Shown: positions 9,415 through 18,180 of the stretch, one piece after another
Layout of the letters: every line of letters begins with the position of its first letter
How positions within the stretch are numbered: the first letter of the stretch is position 1
NCBI RefSeq assembly: GCF_018698455.1
Contig: NZ_JABIOQ010000006.1
Coordinates: forward strand, 41,514 to 105,513
Reading direction: 5' to 3'
Source: Sulfurimonas sp.
Lineage (GTDB): Bacteria > Campylobacterota > Campylobacteria > Campylobacterales > Sulfurimonadaceae
Length of the DNA stretch: 64,000 nucleotides
Program-made: the position numbers and the translations under genes
Notes under the pieces: generated by a model
What the model saw: only the letters and a program-made list of their open reading frames with translations
Database searches by the model: none
What the model was told of the DNA's origin: nothing

Positions 9415-10443
9415 ATGGAAAATCCTGAACTATTAACTGCCAGCTATGATTTCACTCTTCCAGAGAATCTCATAGCAACCCATCCTGCCTCACCTCGTGA
9501 CCATGCAAAACTTCTCGTATATGACAGAAAAACAGACACTATAACACATAGTTTTTTCTATGATTTTGAGAAGTATATTCCCAAAGACTGTGCCCTTATT
9601 TTTAACGATACGAAGGTTATAAAAGCAAGACTTTTTGGAATGAAACCCAGTGGTGGAAAACTAGAACTTCTTATAAATAGAGCCCTAAATGCAGTAGATA
9701 TCAATGTATATATTCGTGGTAAAATCAAAGTTGGGACTACTATCTTATTCGATGAGGGCTTAGTTGCAAAAGTGAAAGATTTAAACAGTGATGGAAGCCG
9801 CAATGTAAACTTTTCTCAAAATAGTATAGACCTACGTTTTGAAGACTTACTCCCTATAATAGATAAAATCGGTCACATACCTCTTCCTCCTTATATCCAG
9901 AGAGAAGACGAAGACGAAGATGCTAGTGAATACCAAAGTGTATTTGCCAAAGAAGAAGGTGCAGTAGCTGCTCCAACAGCTTCTCTTCACTTTACTGAGG
10001 AACAACATAAAAGAGTATGTGAAAATTTTGAGCATGCGTATGTAACACTTCATGTTGGAAGTGGTACTTTTAAACCTGTTGATGCCGAAGTCATTACTGA
10101 GCATCCAATGCACTCAGAGTATTACGATATATCAAACGCGGCCAAAGATGTACTTGACTCAGACATACCAGTTTTGAGTATAGGGACAACGTCTACAAGA
10201 ACGGTAGAATTTTATGATAAACATGGAAAAATTCAAAAAGGCGAAGCAAATCTTTTTTTGCATCCACAAAACAAACCTAGTCGAGTCAATCATCTACTAA
10301 CAAATTTTCACCTACCAAAGTCTACACTTCTTATGTTAGTTGCTTCATTTGTAGGACTAGAAAAAACTCAGGAATTATATGCAGAGGCTATAAAAGAAGA
10401 GTATCGTTTTTACTCTTATGGCGATGCAATGTTGATTATATAG
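9415..10443 (+). CDS. queA: S-adenosylmethionine:tRNA ribosyltransferase-isomerase
   Basis: YDFTLPENLIATHPASPRDHAKLLV N-terminus, IGHIPLPPYI and LHVGSGTFKPV motifs characteristic of QueA. Confidence 0.9.
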   Translation: MENPELLTASYDFTLPENLIATHPASPRDHAKLLVYDRKTDTITHSFFYDFEKYIPKDCALIFNDTKVIKARLFGMKPSGGKLELLINRALNAVDINVYIRGKIKVGTTILFDEGLVAKVKDLNSDGSRNVNFSQNSIDLRFEDLLPIIDKIGHIPLPPYIQREDEDEDASEYQSVFAKEEGAVAAPTASLHFTEEQHKRVCENFEHAYVTLHVGSGTFKPVDAEVITEHPMHSEYYDISNAAKDVLDSDIPVLSIGTTSTRTVEFYDKHGKIQKGEANLFLHPQNKPSRVNHLLTNFHLPKSTLLMLVASFVGLEKTQELYAEAIKEEYRFYSYGDAMLII

Positions 10444-10447
10444 TAAT

Positions 10448-11227
10448 TTATACTAAATAAATTCTCGCGTTTCGCACATCTATTTCTCCACTCAGTTCAG
10501 CCTCAAAAACTCTACTTGGAAATTTTGCAAGTGCCTCATCATAAGTAGGATTTGTTTTACAAAACTCTAGAAAATCATCACTACTCTTATTTACCATAAT
10601 ACTACTCTTGCCAAACATTGATACGAAAGTGTCAATGTCATAAATAGCTTTTGCCTTACCCTCTTCTAGAAGTTTATTTGTTGCCGCACTTTCCCCTATT
10701 CTATGAGCTAAGACATATATCTCTTTTCCCATCTTAAGAGCATACTCAACACTTCTCATACTTCCTGAGTTCAAATCTGCATAAGTAACTACTAAAACAT
10801 CTCCAAGTGCTACGACAAGCTCATTTCGAAGCACAAAATTATACTTTGTAGAAGGAGAGCCTTTTTCAAACTGACTCATGACAAGACCATTTCTTTCAAC
10901 TTCTGCTATAAGAGTCGAATTAATAGCTGGATAGCGTTTGTCCAACCCTGTTGCAGAGACAAGGATAGTGTTTGATGAGCCCGCAGCCTTATGAGAGATT
11001 GCATCTACACCTATTGCCCCACCACTAACTATACAAACTCCTGCATTTGAGAGTTTTTGTGCTAACTCTTGTGTTTTATGTCTTGCATATTGGTTTGGTT
11101 TCCGACTTCCTATAATAGAAATCTTTTTGTTTGTCAGAAGTTTTGTGTTGCCAATATAGAAAAGTTTTGTAGGGTATTTTTTCATAGACTCACACTCGCC
11201 AATATGGAAATTTACTTCTTCTATCAT
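10448..11227 (-). CDS. dprA: DNA-processing protein DprA
   Basis: Rossmann-like core with IIGSRKP and VSGGAIGVDAISHKAA motifs. 259 aa. Confidence 0.85.
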   Translation of the reverse strand: MIEEVNFHIGECESMKKYPTKLFYIGNTKLLTNKKISIIGSRKPNQYARHKTQELAQKLSNAGVCIVSGGAIGVDAISHKAAGSSNTILVSATGLDKRYPAINSTLIAEVERNGLVMSQFEKGSPSTKYNFVLRNELVVALGDVLVVTYADLNSGSMRSVEYALKMGKEIYVLAHRIGESAATNKLLEEGKAKAIYDIDTFVSMFGKSSIMVNKSSDDFLEFCKTNPTYDEALAKFPSRVFEAELSGEIDVRNARIYLV

Positions 11228-11232
11228 AGTAA

Positions 11233-12234
11233 TTAAAAGATTTTATTTATATAAATGAGCTCTACATCTTTAAAGAGCTTTTTTGACTCATAGATAGCCT
11301 GAAGTGTATTTTTATGAGGGTGCCCAATCGCCACTGCCGTTCCATGAGTTTTTGCTATTTTTATAGCTTTTTTTATCTGTCCTAACACATACTCTTTTTC
11401 CATATGATGGTCTAAAAAAACATCCCTGGCTATGTATTCTAGCCCAAAGTTTTTAAGTACTCTAGGTGCTTTAGTTTCAGCTGTTGTTCTGCTGTCAAGA
11501 AAATGTATTTTATTATCATTTAAGGCTAAAATCAGTCTATTCATAGCAACTTCATCTGATGTGAATTTACTTCCAGTGTGGTTATTTATATAAGACACTT
11601 TAGGAAAAAGTTTTTTTATCTCTTTTATCCGGCAACTTATAGTATTTTGAGAATCACTAACCCTCAAAGTATTCGGTTCTTCTGCACTGAAGTTTTTTGC
11701 TTCCATAGGAAGGTGAATCATATAGAAATTTTCTTTTTCTGCCAACTTTGGTGTGTTTGGTCTAGCTTTACTTGGGGGCAAAAAAGACATAGTCAAAGGT
11801 AATTTTAAATTTTTAATAGCAGCAACTTGAGAACGAGTCCCTACATCATCTATAATTATAGAAAGTCTTGGTTTCTTTGATGAAAGCTTTGGTTTGCGTT
11901 TTATTTTCCGTTTCACCTGTACTAATTTCACATCATCGAGTTCGTGCAAAGCCGAAACATCAGTTTTAGTGGCTTTTTTAAGTACCTCTTGTAGTCTTTT
12001 AGTCATATTTTCTGGTTTTTTTTGTACTGTTTTTTCTAACTTTTTTATAAGTTCCAGTCTTCTTTCTTTATCACTATGTATAGTCTTAGACACATCAGTT
12101 TTAGCATCTTTATAACCAAAATAATACCCAGCTACTAAAGTACTGAGTATAAATGCGATAAATGCAAGTACCCAAGCAATATATACTAATACTTTAGAAT
12201 TACTTTTCTTTTTAGAACTCTTTCTTTTTGCCAT
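11233..12234 (-). CDS. divergent polysaccharide deacetylase family protein (YibQ-like), membrane anchored
   Basis: N-terminal basic stretch plus TM segment. Motifs LSIIIDDVG, MIHLPME, NNHTGSKFT, FLDSRTT and AIGHPH as in the YibQ family. Confidence 0.7.
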   Translation of the reverse strand: MAKRKSSKKKSNSKVLVYIAWVLAFIAFILSTLVAGYYFGYKDAKTDVSKTIHSDKERRLELIKKLEKTVQKKPENMTKRLQEVLKKATKTDVSALHELDDVKLVQVKRKIKRKPKLSSKKPRLSIIIDDVGTRSQVAAIKNLKLPLTMSFLPPSKARPNTPKLAEKENFYMIHLPMEAKNFSAEEPNTLRVSDSQNTISCRIKEIKKLFPKVSYINNHTGSKFTSDEVAMNRLILALNDNKIHFLDSRTTAETKAPRVLKNFGLEYIARDVFLDHHMEKEYVLGQIKKAIKIAKTHGTAVAIGHPHKNTLQAIYESKKLFKDVELIYINKIF

Positions 12235-12307
12235 CTATTTCTGCTCTTTTCATATTTTATGTAACTATACCTGCTTAAAGGTTAAAACATTATTTAAGTA
12301 AAATTTC

Positions 12308-12416
12308 TGTATAATCCCGAGTTCCTTTCTCTTTGTAACATCGATTGTGATGCTATATTTAGATCCAAAGGGGAAACAAACGCCGAGAGGCAAATACCAA
12401 GAGGAGATCATACTAT
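12308..12416 (+). promoter_or_regulatory. putative rpsF promoter (TGTATAAT at 12308-12315) and ~100-nt leader
   Basis: Perfect TATAAT at 12310-12315 preceded by TG. The leader contains GCC-GAGA-GGC (a GNRA-type hairpin) and a strong RBS AGAGGAGA before the ATG at 12417. Confidence 0.35.
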
Positions 12417-12869
12417 ATGAGAAACTACGAAAACTTAGTAATCGTAAAACCTACATTTACAGCAGAGGAAATTCAAGCTAGCGTTAAAGCAATCGAAGAA
12501 GTTATTACTTCAAACGGTGGCGAAATAGCAGCTACAAGTCCTATGGGAATGAGAAAATTAGCATACCCAATAGATAAAAACGAACGTGGTTATTACCATG
12601 TTGTATATTATTCAGTTGCTCCAGCAGCAATTTCAGAAATTGAAAGACGTTTCCGTATTAACGAAGATTTACTTCGTTTTGTAACAATTAAATACGATTC
12701 AAATCGTGAAATACTTGCTTACAACGGTCTTGTTGCAAAAGCTTTAAAAGCGGCCGAAGTTCCAGCGAAAGTTGAAACTCCAGCAGTTGAAGAAACTCCA
12801 GCAGAAGCAGAAGCTCCAGTAGCAGAAGCAGTAACTCCAGTTGAAACAACTGAAGCAGCAGCAGAGTAA
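12417..12869 (+). CDS. rpsF: 30S ribosomal protein S6 with an acidic A/E/P/V-rich C-terminal extension
   Basis: MRNYENLVIVKPT... S6 core of about 95 aa, followed by AEVPAKVETPAVEETPAEAEAPVAEAVTPVETTEAAAE. Classic rpsF-ssb-rpsR order. Confidence 0.9.
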   Translation: MRNYENLVIVKPTFTAEEIQASVKAIEEVITSNGGEIAATSPMGMRKLAYPIDKNERGYYHVVYYSVAPAAISEIERRFRINEDLLRFVTIKYDSNREILAYNGLVAKALKAAEVPAKVETPAVEETPAEAEAPVAEAVTPVETTEAAAE

Positions 12870-12901
12870 TTAGCTAGCGCTAAGAAATTTAAGGAAAACT
12901 T

Positions 12902-13501
12902 ATGTTCAATAAAATAATTTTAGTTGGTAACTTAACACGTGATATCGAACTCAGATACTCTCAAGCTGGAATGGGAATTGCAAAAACTGCACTTGCTACT
13001 AGCCGTAAGTTCACTAGTAATGGTGAGAAGAAAGAAGAAGTATGTTTTGTAGATATCACTTTTTTCGGAAGAAGTGCTGAAGTTGCTAACCAATACCTCA
13101 GAAAAGGGAGTAAAATCCTAGTAGAGGGAAGATTAAACTTTGAACAATGGGTAGACCAAAATGGACAGAAACGTTCTAAGCACTCAGTAACGGCTGAAAC
13201 TATGCAAATGCTAGATTCAAAGGGTGATAACCAAGGTGGATATACTCCACCAGCTAATGCTCCCGCGGACAATCAAGGTGGATATAATGCACCTGCCCAA
13301 GGACAACAGCAGAGTTATCAAGCACCGCAACAGCAACAGAGCTATTACGCTCCAGCGCAAGAGCAGAAGCAAGCTCCAAGTTATCAACAACAGCAACAGC
13401 CAAGTTATAACAATAATCAAGCAGCACCACAGAATCGCCAAATGCCGAGTAGCGAGTCAATCCCAACGATTGACATAGACGAAGACGAAATTCCATTTTA
13501 A
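12902..13501 (+). CDS. ssb: single-stranded DNA-binding protein
   Basis: OB-fold N-terminus MFNKIILVGNLTRDIELRY, a Q/P/Y-rich linker, and the canonical acidic tip DIDEDEIPF. Confidence 0.95.
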   Translation: MFNKIILVGNLTRDIELRYSQAGMGIAKTALATSRKFTSNGEKKEEVCFVDITFFGRSAEVANQYLRKGSKILVEGRLNFEQWVDQNGQKRSKHSVTAETMQMLDSKGDNQGGYTPPANAPADNQGGYNAPAQGQQQSYQAPQQQQSYYAPAQEQKQAPSYQQQQQPSYNNNQAAPQNRQMPSSESIPTIDIDEDEIPF

Positions 13502-13525
13502 AAAATATACAACAAAGGTATTAAC

Positions 13526-13789
13526 ATGGCAGAAAAAAGAAAATATAAAAAAAGATATTGTAAGTATTGTGAAGCTAAAGTTGACTTCATGGATTATAAA
13601 GATGCAGGAGCTTTACGTTTCTCTCTTTCAGAAAGATATAAAATCATGCCACGTCGTTTAACAGGTAACTGTAAACGTCACCAGGACATGATTTCAGTAG
13701 TGATCAAACGTGCTCGTGCAGCTGCGTTAGTGCCATATACTGTAACTCGTAAAACAGTTGTAACTGCTCCATTCGAAAACCTTAGATAG
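13526..13789 (+). CDS. rpsR: 30S ribosomal protein S18
   Basis: 87 aa with [11 protein letters not shown]... and the [18 protein letters not shown] motif. Follows ssb. Confidence 0.95.
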   Translation: MAEKRKYKKRYCKYCEAKVDFMDYKDAGALRFSLSERYKIMPRRLTGNCKRHQDMISVVIKRARAAALVPYTVTRKTVVTAPFENLR

Positions 13790-13798
13790 GTTTCATAT

Positions 13799-13829
13799 AA
13801 GCCCTAATATAGGGCTTTATGTACTTTTT
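13799..13829 (+). terminator. rho-independent terminator of the rpsF-ssb-rpsR operon
   Basis: AAGCCCTA-ata-TAGGGCTT: 8-bp perfect stem followed by TATGTACTTTTT. Confidence 0.7.
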
Positions 13830-14149
13830 GTAACAGTTTTATTATAAATACAACTGTTCTACGGTGACACTTTTCTCGAGACTTTCCTTCCTCTTTTAAA
13901 CTCCTATCAATCAATTGATGCAGACTACTTCCATAAGCCATTAAACAGCAGCCAATCCTCTGTCAAAATTAATTAAAGTTTCTTTTTTTAAGGGTTAACT
14001 ATAGGTTTCCAATCTGCACATACCTATATTAAAATATAAGCTTAATTATTCCATAAATTTATTATCTAAAATTATATTTTGATTTTTTTTAAAAATTAGC
14101 TATACTTATACTTATTCTTATATTAACAAATAGTTAAATTAATCCAAGG

Positions 14150-17017
14150 GTGGCCATGTTCAAGACACATAACAACAAAGTATTAAATCTTATTCTCTTT
14201 ATTGGTTTTTTCTTAACTATTTTTTCGGGTTGGTATACATATAATTACTATGATCAAGAAAAAAATCTTGATGCAGAACTCAAAAGTAGTGAAGTAGTTA
14301 TCCTCATAAAAAAAAGCATGGCAGGGTATGAGCAAATTTTAAAAAGTGCTGTTGGTTTATTTATGGCTTCTAATAATGTATCTCGTAAAGAATGGGCTAT
14401 ATTTGTAGATGCACATAAACTCAATGAAAACTTCCAAGGGATACAAGGCTTTGGTTATTCAGAAGTGGTTTTTCCAGAAAATAAGACAAAGCATGAAAGA
14501 CGCATACAAAAAGAAGGCTTTCCTAACTATAGAATAAAACCAGAAGGAAAAAGAGAGTTTTATACTCCTGTAGTATATCTTGAGCCATTTGATAAACGCA
14601 ATAAAAAAGTGCTTGGATATGATGTATTCTCGGAAAAAATACGTAAGAAAGCTATAACGAAAGCTATTCTAAGTGCTAAAGCCACTATTACCGAAAAAGT
14701 AAAACTTGTTCAAGAAAATGCTAAAGACATTCAAGCTGGATTTTTAATGTATTTGCCAGTCTATAAAAAACATTTTAAAGTAGATACTCCTTCCCAAAGA
14801 ACCTTAGCCATTAAAGGTCTTATCAGTGCTCCATTTCGTGTAGATGACCTAATGAATGGTATTTTAGGAAGCGAGTTACATACTGTTGATTTTGCTATTT
14901 ATGATGGTAGTATAACTACTGATGAGACCCTTCTATACAACTCAGATACTAATAATAAATCTAAAACACTATTTAAAAAAGTAGAGCTTTCTACTAATGG
15001 ACATACTTGGACTATTGAATTTAAAATTAACGAATCATTAAAAAATAATAATATCTTTATGCTTATACTTGCTCCATTTTTTATTATTATGCCAACTTTC
15101 TTACTCTATTTATTGATGAAATCATTAATAAATACTAAAGAGAATGCTCAAAGAATTGCAAATGAACTTTCAAAAGATTTGAAAGTATCAGAAGAGAGAC
15201 TTCAATTCTCAATTGAAGGTACTGGCGATGGTTTATGGGATTGGAATCTAAAAACAAATGAGGTCTTTTTCTCAAAGCGATGGAAAGAAATGTTGGGGTT
15301 TAATGAAGATGAAATAGCTGGGACTCTAGATGAATGGAAAGAAAGGGTACATAAAGATGATTTGGAGGATGTTTTCTCTGATGTAAAAAGACATCTCGAA
15401 GGTCATTGTGATGCTTATAGAAATGAACATAGAGTAAAATGTAAAGATGGTTCATATAAATGGATACTTGATAGGGCTATGATTGTAAGCTATGATGCTG
15501 ATGGTAGTCCTTTGAGAATGGTTGGCTCGCATGCTGATATTTCAGAACGTAAGAATACTCAAATTAAGCTAGATGAGTATTTAATCATAATAGATAATAA
15601 TGTAATATCTTCATCTACTGACTTACATGGATTGATTACTAAGGCCTCACAGGCATTTTGCGATATTTCAGGTTATTCTAAAGAAGAGCTCATTGGGAAT
15701 AGTCATAGTATTTTGAGGCATCCTGACATGCCAACTGCTGTTTATAAAGAGCTTTGGGAAACTATACTTGCAGGAAAAAAATGGGTTGGTGAAATTAAAA
15801 ATAAAAATAAAAATGGGGAGTTTTATTGGGTGAAATCAAAAATAATCCCCGAGTATAATAACGAGAATAAACTTGTAGGTTATTCATCTGTTAGACATGA
15901 TATAACTTCGCAAAAGACTAAAGAAAACTTTATGTCAAACATGAGCCATGAGCTTAGAACACCATTAAATGCAATCCTTGGCTTTAGCTCAATCCTAAAT
16001 AAAAAACAAACTGATTTAAGTCATAAAGAGTTGTCCCGCACAATTAATACAAGTGCTAAGTCTTTACTCAAACTGATTAATGACATTTTAGACTTAGCTA
16101 AAATTAAAGATTCTAATTTTACGATAGAACCTTATGAATTTAATGGGTATAAAGAACTTCAAGAGTTTTCATGGCAGTTTGAAGGTTTAACAAATAAAAA
16201 AGTTTTGAGTTATAATATTAATATCGATGATAGGCTAAGAGGAATATTCTTTGGAGACTGGGATAGAATAAGCCAAATCATTTTAAACCTGATATCTAAC
16301 GCAGTCAAGTTCACTCCAGCAAATGGTCTCATTATCCTTAATGGAGATTATAAAGATGAAAATTTAATTCTCTGTGTTACCGACAATGGTATAGGAATGA
16401 ATAAAGAGCTTCAAGACAAAATATTTGAACCATTTACTCAAGCTAATGGAAATACTATAAGAAAGTATGGTGGTACGGGGTTAGGTCTAAGTATAACTCA
16501 AAGTTTAGTTGGTCTTATCGGTGGATATATTGAACTTGAATCAGCCGAGGGAGTAGGAACAACTTTTAAAGTCACAATCCCATTGAAAAAGGTTGAAGAA
16601 CAAAGGAACACAGATACTCAAGCTCAGATAATTGAAGATAATAAAGAAGATACTTTAAAAGGTCATATACTCATAGTTGAAGATAATAAAACCAATCAAA
16701 TGCTAGTAAAAATGTTAATAACAGACTTTGGATTAACATGTGATGTAGCGAACGACGGGTTAGAAGCTGTTGCAATGTATGCTCCACAAAAGCACCTTTT
16801 AGTTCTTATGGATGAAAATATGCCAAACCTTAATGGTATTGAAGCAATGAAAGCTATGAAAGAGAAATACCAAGAAAAGACTACCCCTGTAATTGCTCTT
16901 ACAGCAAACGCTATGAAAGGCGATAAAGAAAAATTCTTAGAACATGGAATGGATGGCTATTTAGCTAAGCCTATAGATGAGAATGAGTTATATGAGACTT
17001 TAAAAGAGTTTCTCTAG
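14150..17017 (+). CDS. hybrid sensor histidine kinase (periplasmic CHASE-like sensor, two PAS domains, HisKA, HATPase, receiver)
   Basis: N-terminal TM segment plus ~280-aa extracytoplasmic domain and a second TM segment. PAS-like WDWNL... and SGYSKEELIG blocks. H-box SHELRTPLNAILGF, G-box GGTGLGLSI, and receiver LIVEDNKTNQ...DENMPNLNG...KP. GTG start at 14150, with an alternative ATG at 14156. Confidence 0.85.
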   Translation: MAMFKTHNNKVLNLILFIGFFLTIFSGWYTYNYYDQEKNLDAELKSSEVVILIKKSMAGYEQILKSAVGLFMASNNVSRKEWAIFVDAHKLNENFQGIQGFGYSEVVFPENKTKHERRIQKEGFPNYRIKPEGKREFYTPVVYLEPFDKRNKKVLGYDVFSEKIRKKAITKAILSAKATITEKVKLVQENAKDIQAGFLMYLPVYKKHFKVDTPSQRTLAIKGLISAPFRVDDLMNGILGSELHTVDFAIYDGSITTDETLLYNSDTNNKSKTLFKKVELSTNGHTWTIEFKINESLKNNNIFMLILAPFFIIMPTFLLYLLMKSLINTKENAQRIANELSKDLKVSEERLQFSIEGTGDGLWDWNLKTNEVFFSKRWKEMLGFNEDEIAGTLDEWKERVHKDDLEDVFSDVKRHLEGHCDAYRNEHRVKCKDGSYKWILDRAMIVSYDADGSPLRMVGSHADISERKNTQIKLDEYLIIIDNNVISSSTDLHGLITKASQAFCDISGYSKEELIGNSHSILRHPDMPTAVYKELWETILAGKKWVGEIKNKNKNGEFYWVKSKIIPEYNNENKLVGYSSVRHDITSQKTKENFMSNMSHELRTPLNAILGFSSILNKKQTDLSHKELSRTINTSAKSLLKLINDILDLAKIKDSNFTIEPYEFNGYKELQEFSWQFEGLTNKKVLSYNINIDDRLRGIFFGDWDRISQIILNLISNAVKFTPANGLIILNGDYKDENLILCVTDNGIGMNKELQDKIFEPFTQANGNTIRKYGGTGLGLSITQSLVGLIGGYIELESAEGVGTTFKVTIPLKKVEEQRNTDTQAQIIEDNKEDTLKGHILIVEDNKTNQMLVKMLITDFGLTCDVANDGLEAVAMYAPQKHLLVLMDENMPNLNGIEAMKAMKEKYQEKTTPVIALTANAMKGDKEKFLEHGMDGYLAKPIDENELYETLKEFL

Positions 17018-17138
17018 GCTAAATACAGGACTTTTCCTACTAAACTTGAATTAAGTTCTTTTATTTATATTTATTATAAGTAATTCTTTAATTTTCACAT
17101 AGTTAAGATATAATTCAAAAAATATATAAGGATAATCC

Positions 17139-17522
17139 ATGTTGTATACTGTAAAATCAAATGTAGATCTAAAAACAATCAAAGATGAAATTCCAGAGAA
17201 AGCTAAAGATAATGGTTTGGGTATTTTAAATGAGTATCCATTTAAAGATATTCTTAAGGCAAAAGGTCATCCTATAGAACAAGATATAACGGTATATGAG
17301 CTATGCAATCCTGTTACAGCAGAAGAAGTATTAAGTAAATACCCTGAAGTTTCAGTATATCTTCCATGTAGGGTCTCTGTATATGAAAAAGATGGACAAG
17401 TAATTCTCAGTACTGTCGAAATGGATGAAATTACGAAAAACTTTGACATAGATGATATGGTTAAAAATCATATGAATGAAGTATTTCATAATTTAAAGAA
17501 GATGCTCAATAGCTGGAACTAA
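17139..17522 (+). CDS. DUF302 domain protein
   Basis: 127 aa with VYELCNP and YLPCRVSVYEKDGQV motifs typical of DUF302. Confidence 0.75.
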   Translation: MLYTVKSNVDLKTIKDEIPEKAKDNGLGILNEYPFKDILKAKGHPIEQDITVYELCNPVTAEEVLSKYPEVSVYLPCRVSVYEKDGQVILSTVEMDEITKNFDIDDMVKNHMNEVFHNLKKMLNSWN

Positions 17523-17641
17523 AGAGTTATCTTTTTCCAGCACCACCTTTACCTCTAGACCCTTGATTCATTTCTTTATTAATACTTTTAGGTTTCAATA
17601 AAAAGTAGATATAATGTATAAAATAAATCACAGGAAAACAT

Positions 17642-18163
17642 ATGACTTTTTTTAGCGGCTTTTCTCTTAAAAACGAGCAACACCTTTTTAAAGAGTTTAT
17701 AAATGAAAGTAAATACTGTGTATGTGGTTTCTCGTATGGTTCCATGAAAGCGCTTAAGCATGCTAAAAAACTACTAGAAGATGGAAAAAGTGTAGATATT
17801 CTGCAACTACTATCGCCTGTATTTTTTCAGACAAAAAGTCAAAGGTTTAAGCGTGTTCAAACTATGGCTTACAACACAAACAACAAAGAATATATGTCAA
17901 AGTTCTTAGATTGTTGTTTTGAACCATACCCACATAAAGAGATAGAGTTCCAAAAAAATACAATAGGAGATTTAGAAGAGCTGCTAAATCATCAATGGAT
18001 TTTGAATGAGTTTGAAGACTTAGTGAACAAGGGCATTAAGCTAGAAGTTTATATAGGTTCAGCAGATAAAATTATTGATGTAAAAAGTGCAAGAGAATTT
18101 TTTACTCAAGTAGCAACAGTAACTTATATCAAAGATGCAAACCATTTCTTACAAGTAGACTAA
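17642..18163 (+). CDS. short alpha/beta-fold hydrolase, possibly a BioV/BioG-like pimeloyl-ACP methyl ester esterase
   Basis: 173 aa. Nucleophile elbow GFSYGS, and C-terminal D...H (SADKIID, DANHF). The size and MTFFSGFSLKNE N-terminus resemble the short biotin-pathway esterases of Campylobacterota. No bio genes nearby. Confidence 0.4.
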   Translation: MTFFSGFSLKNEQHLFKEFINESKYCVCGFSYGSMKALKHAKKLLEDGKSVDILQLLSPVFFQTKSQRFKRVQTMAYNTNNKEYMSKFLDCCFEPYPHKEIEFQKNTIGDLEELLNHQWILNEFEDLVNKGIKLEVYIGSADKIIDVKSAREFFTQVATVTYIKDANHFLQVD

Positions 18164-18180
18164 GCACGTAAAGTTAACAC

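Noticed and set aside
12961-13496. Four overlapping ORFs (12961-13272 minus, 13217-13441 minus, 13224-13478 plus, 13254-13496 minus) inside ssb
   Set aside because: They are artefacts of the CAA/CAG-rich repeat that encodes the Gln/Pro-rich SSB linker. The SSB frame is validated by the OB-fold N-terminus and the DEDEIPF tip.
13840-13990. 45-codon minus-strand ORF (MAYGSSLHQLIDRSLKEEGKS...) in the rpsR/histidine-kinase spacer
   Set aside because: It runs through the rpsR terminator hairpin, has no RBS, and is very short. It is probably a chance ORF in a slightly GC-richer patch.
17527-17745. 72-aa minus-strand ORF between DUF302 and the BioV-like gene
   Set aside because: It overlaps the 5' end of the plus-strand hydrolase gene. 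Its composition is odd (ending in GSRGKGGAGKR, derived from antisense of the spacer). No RBS.
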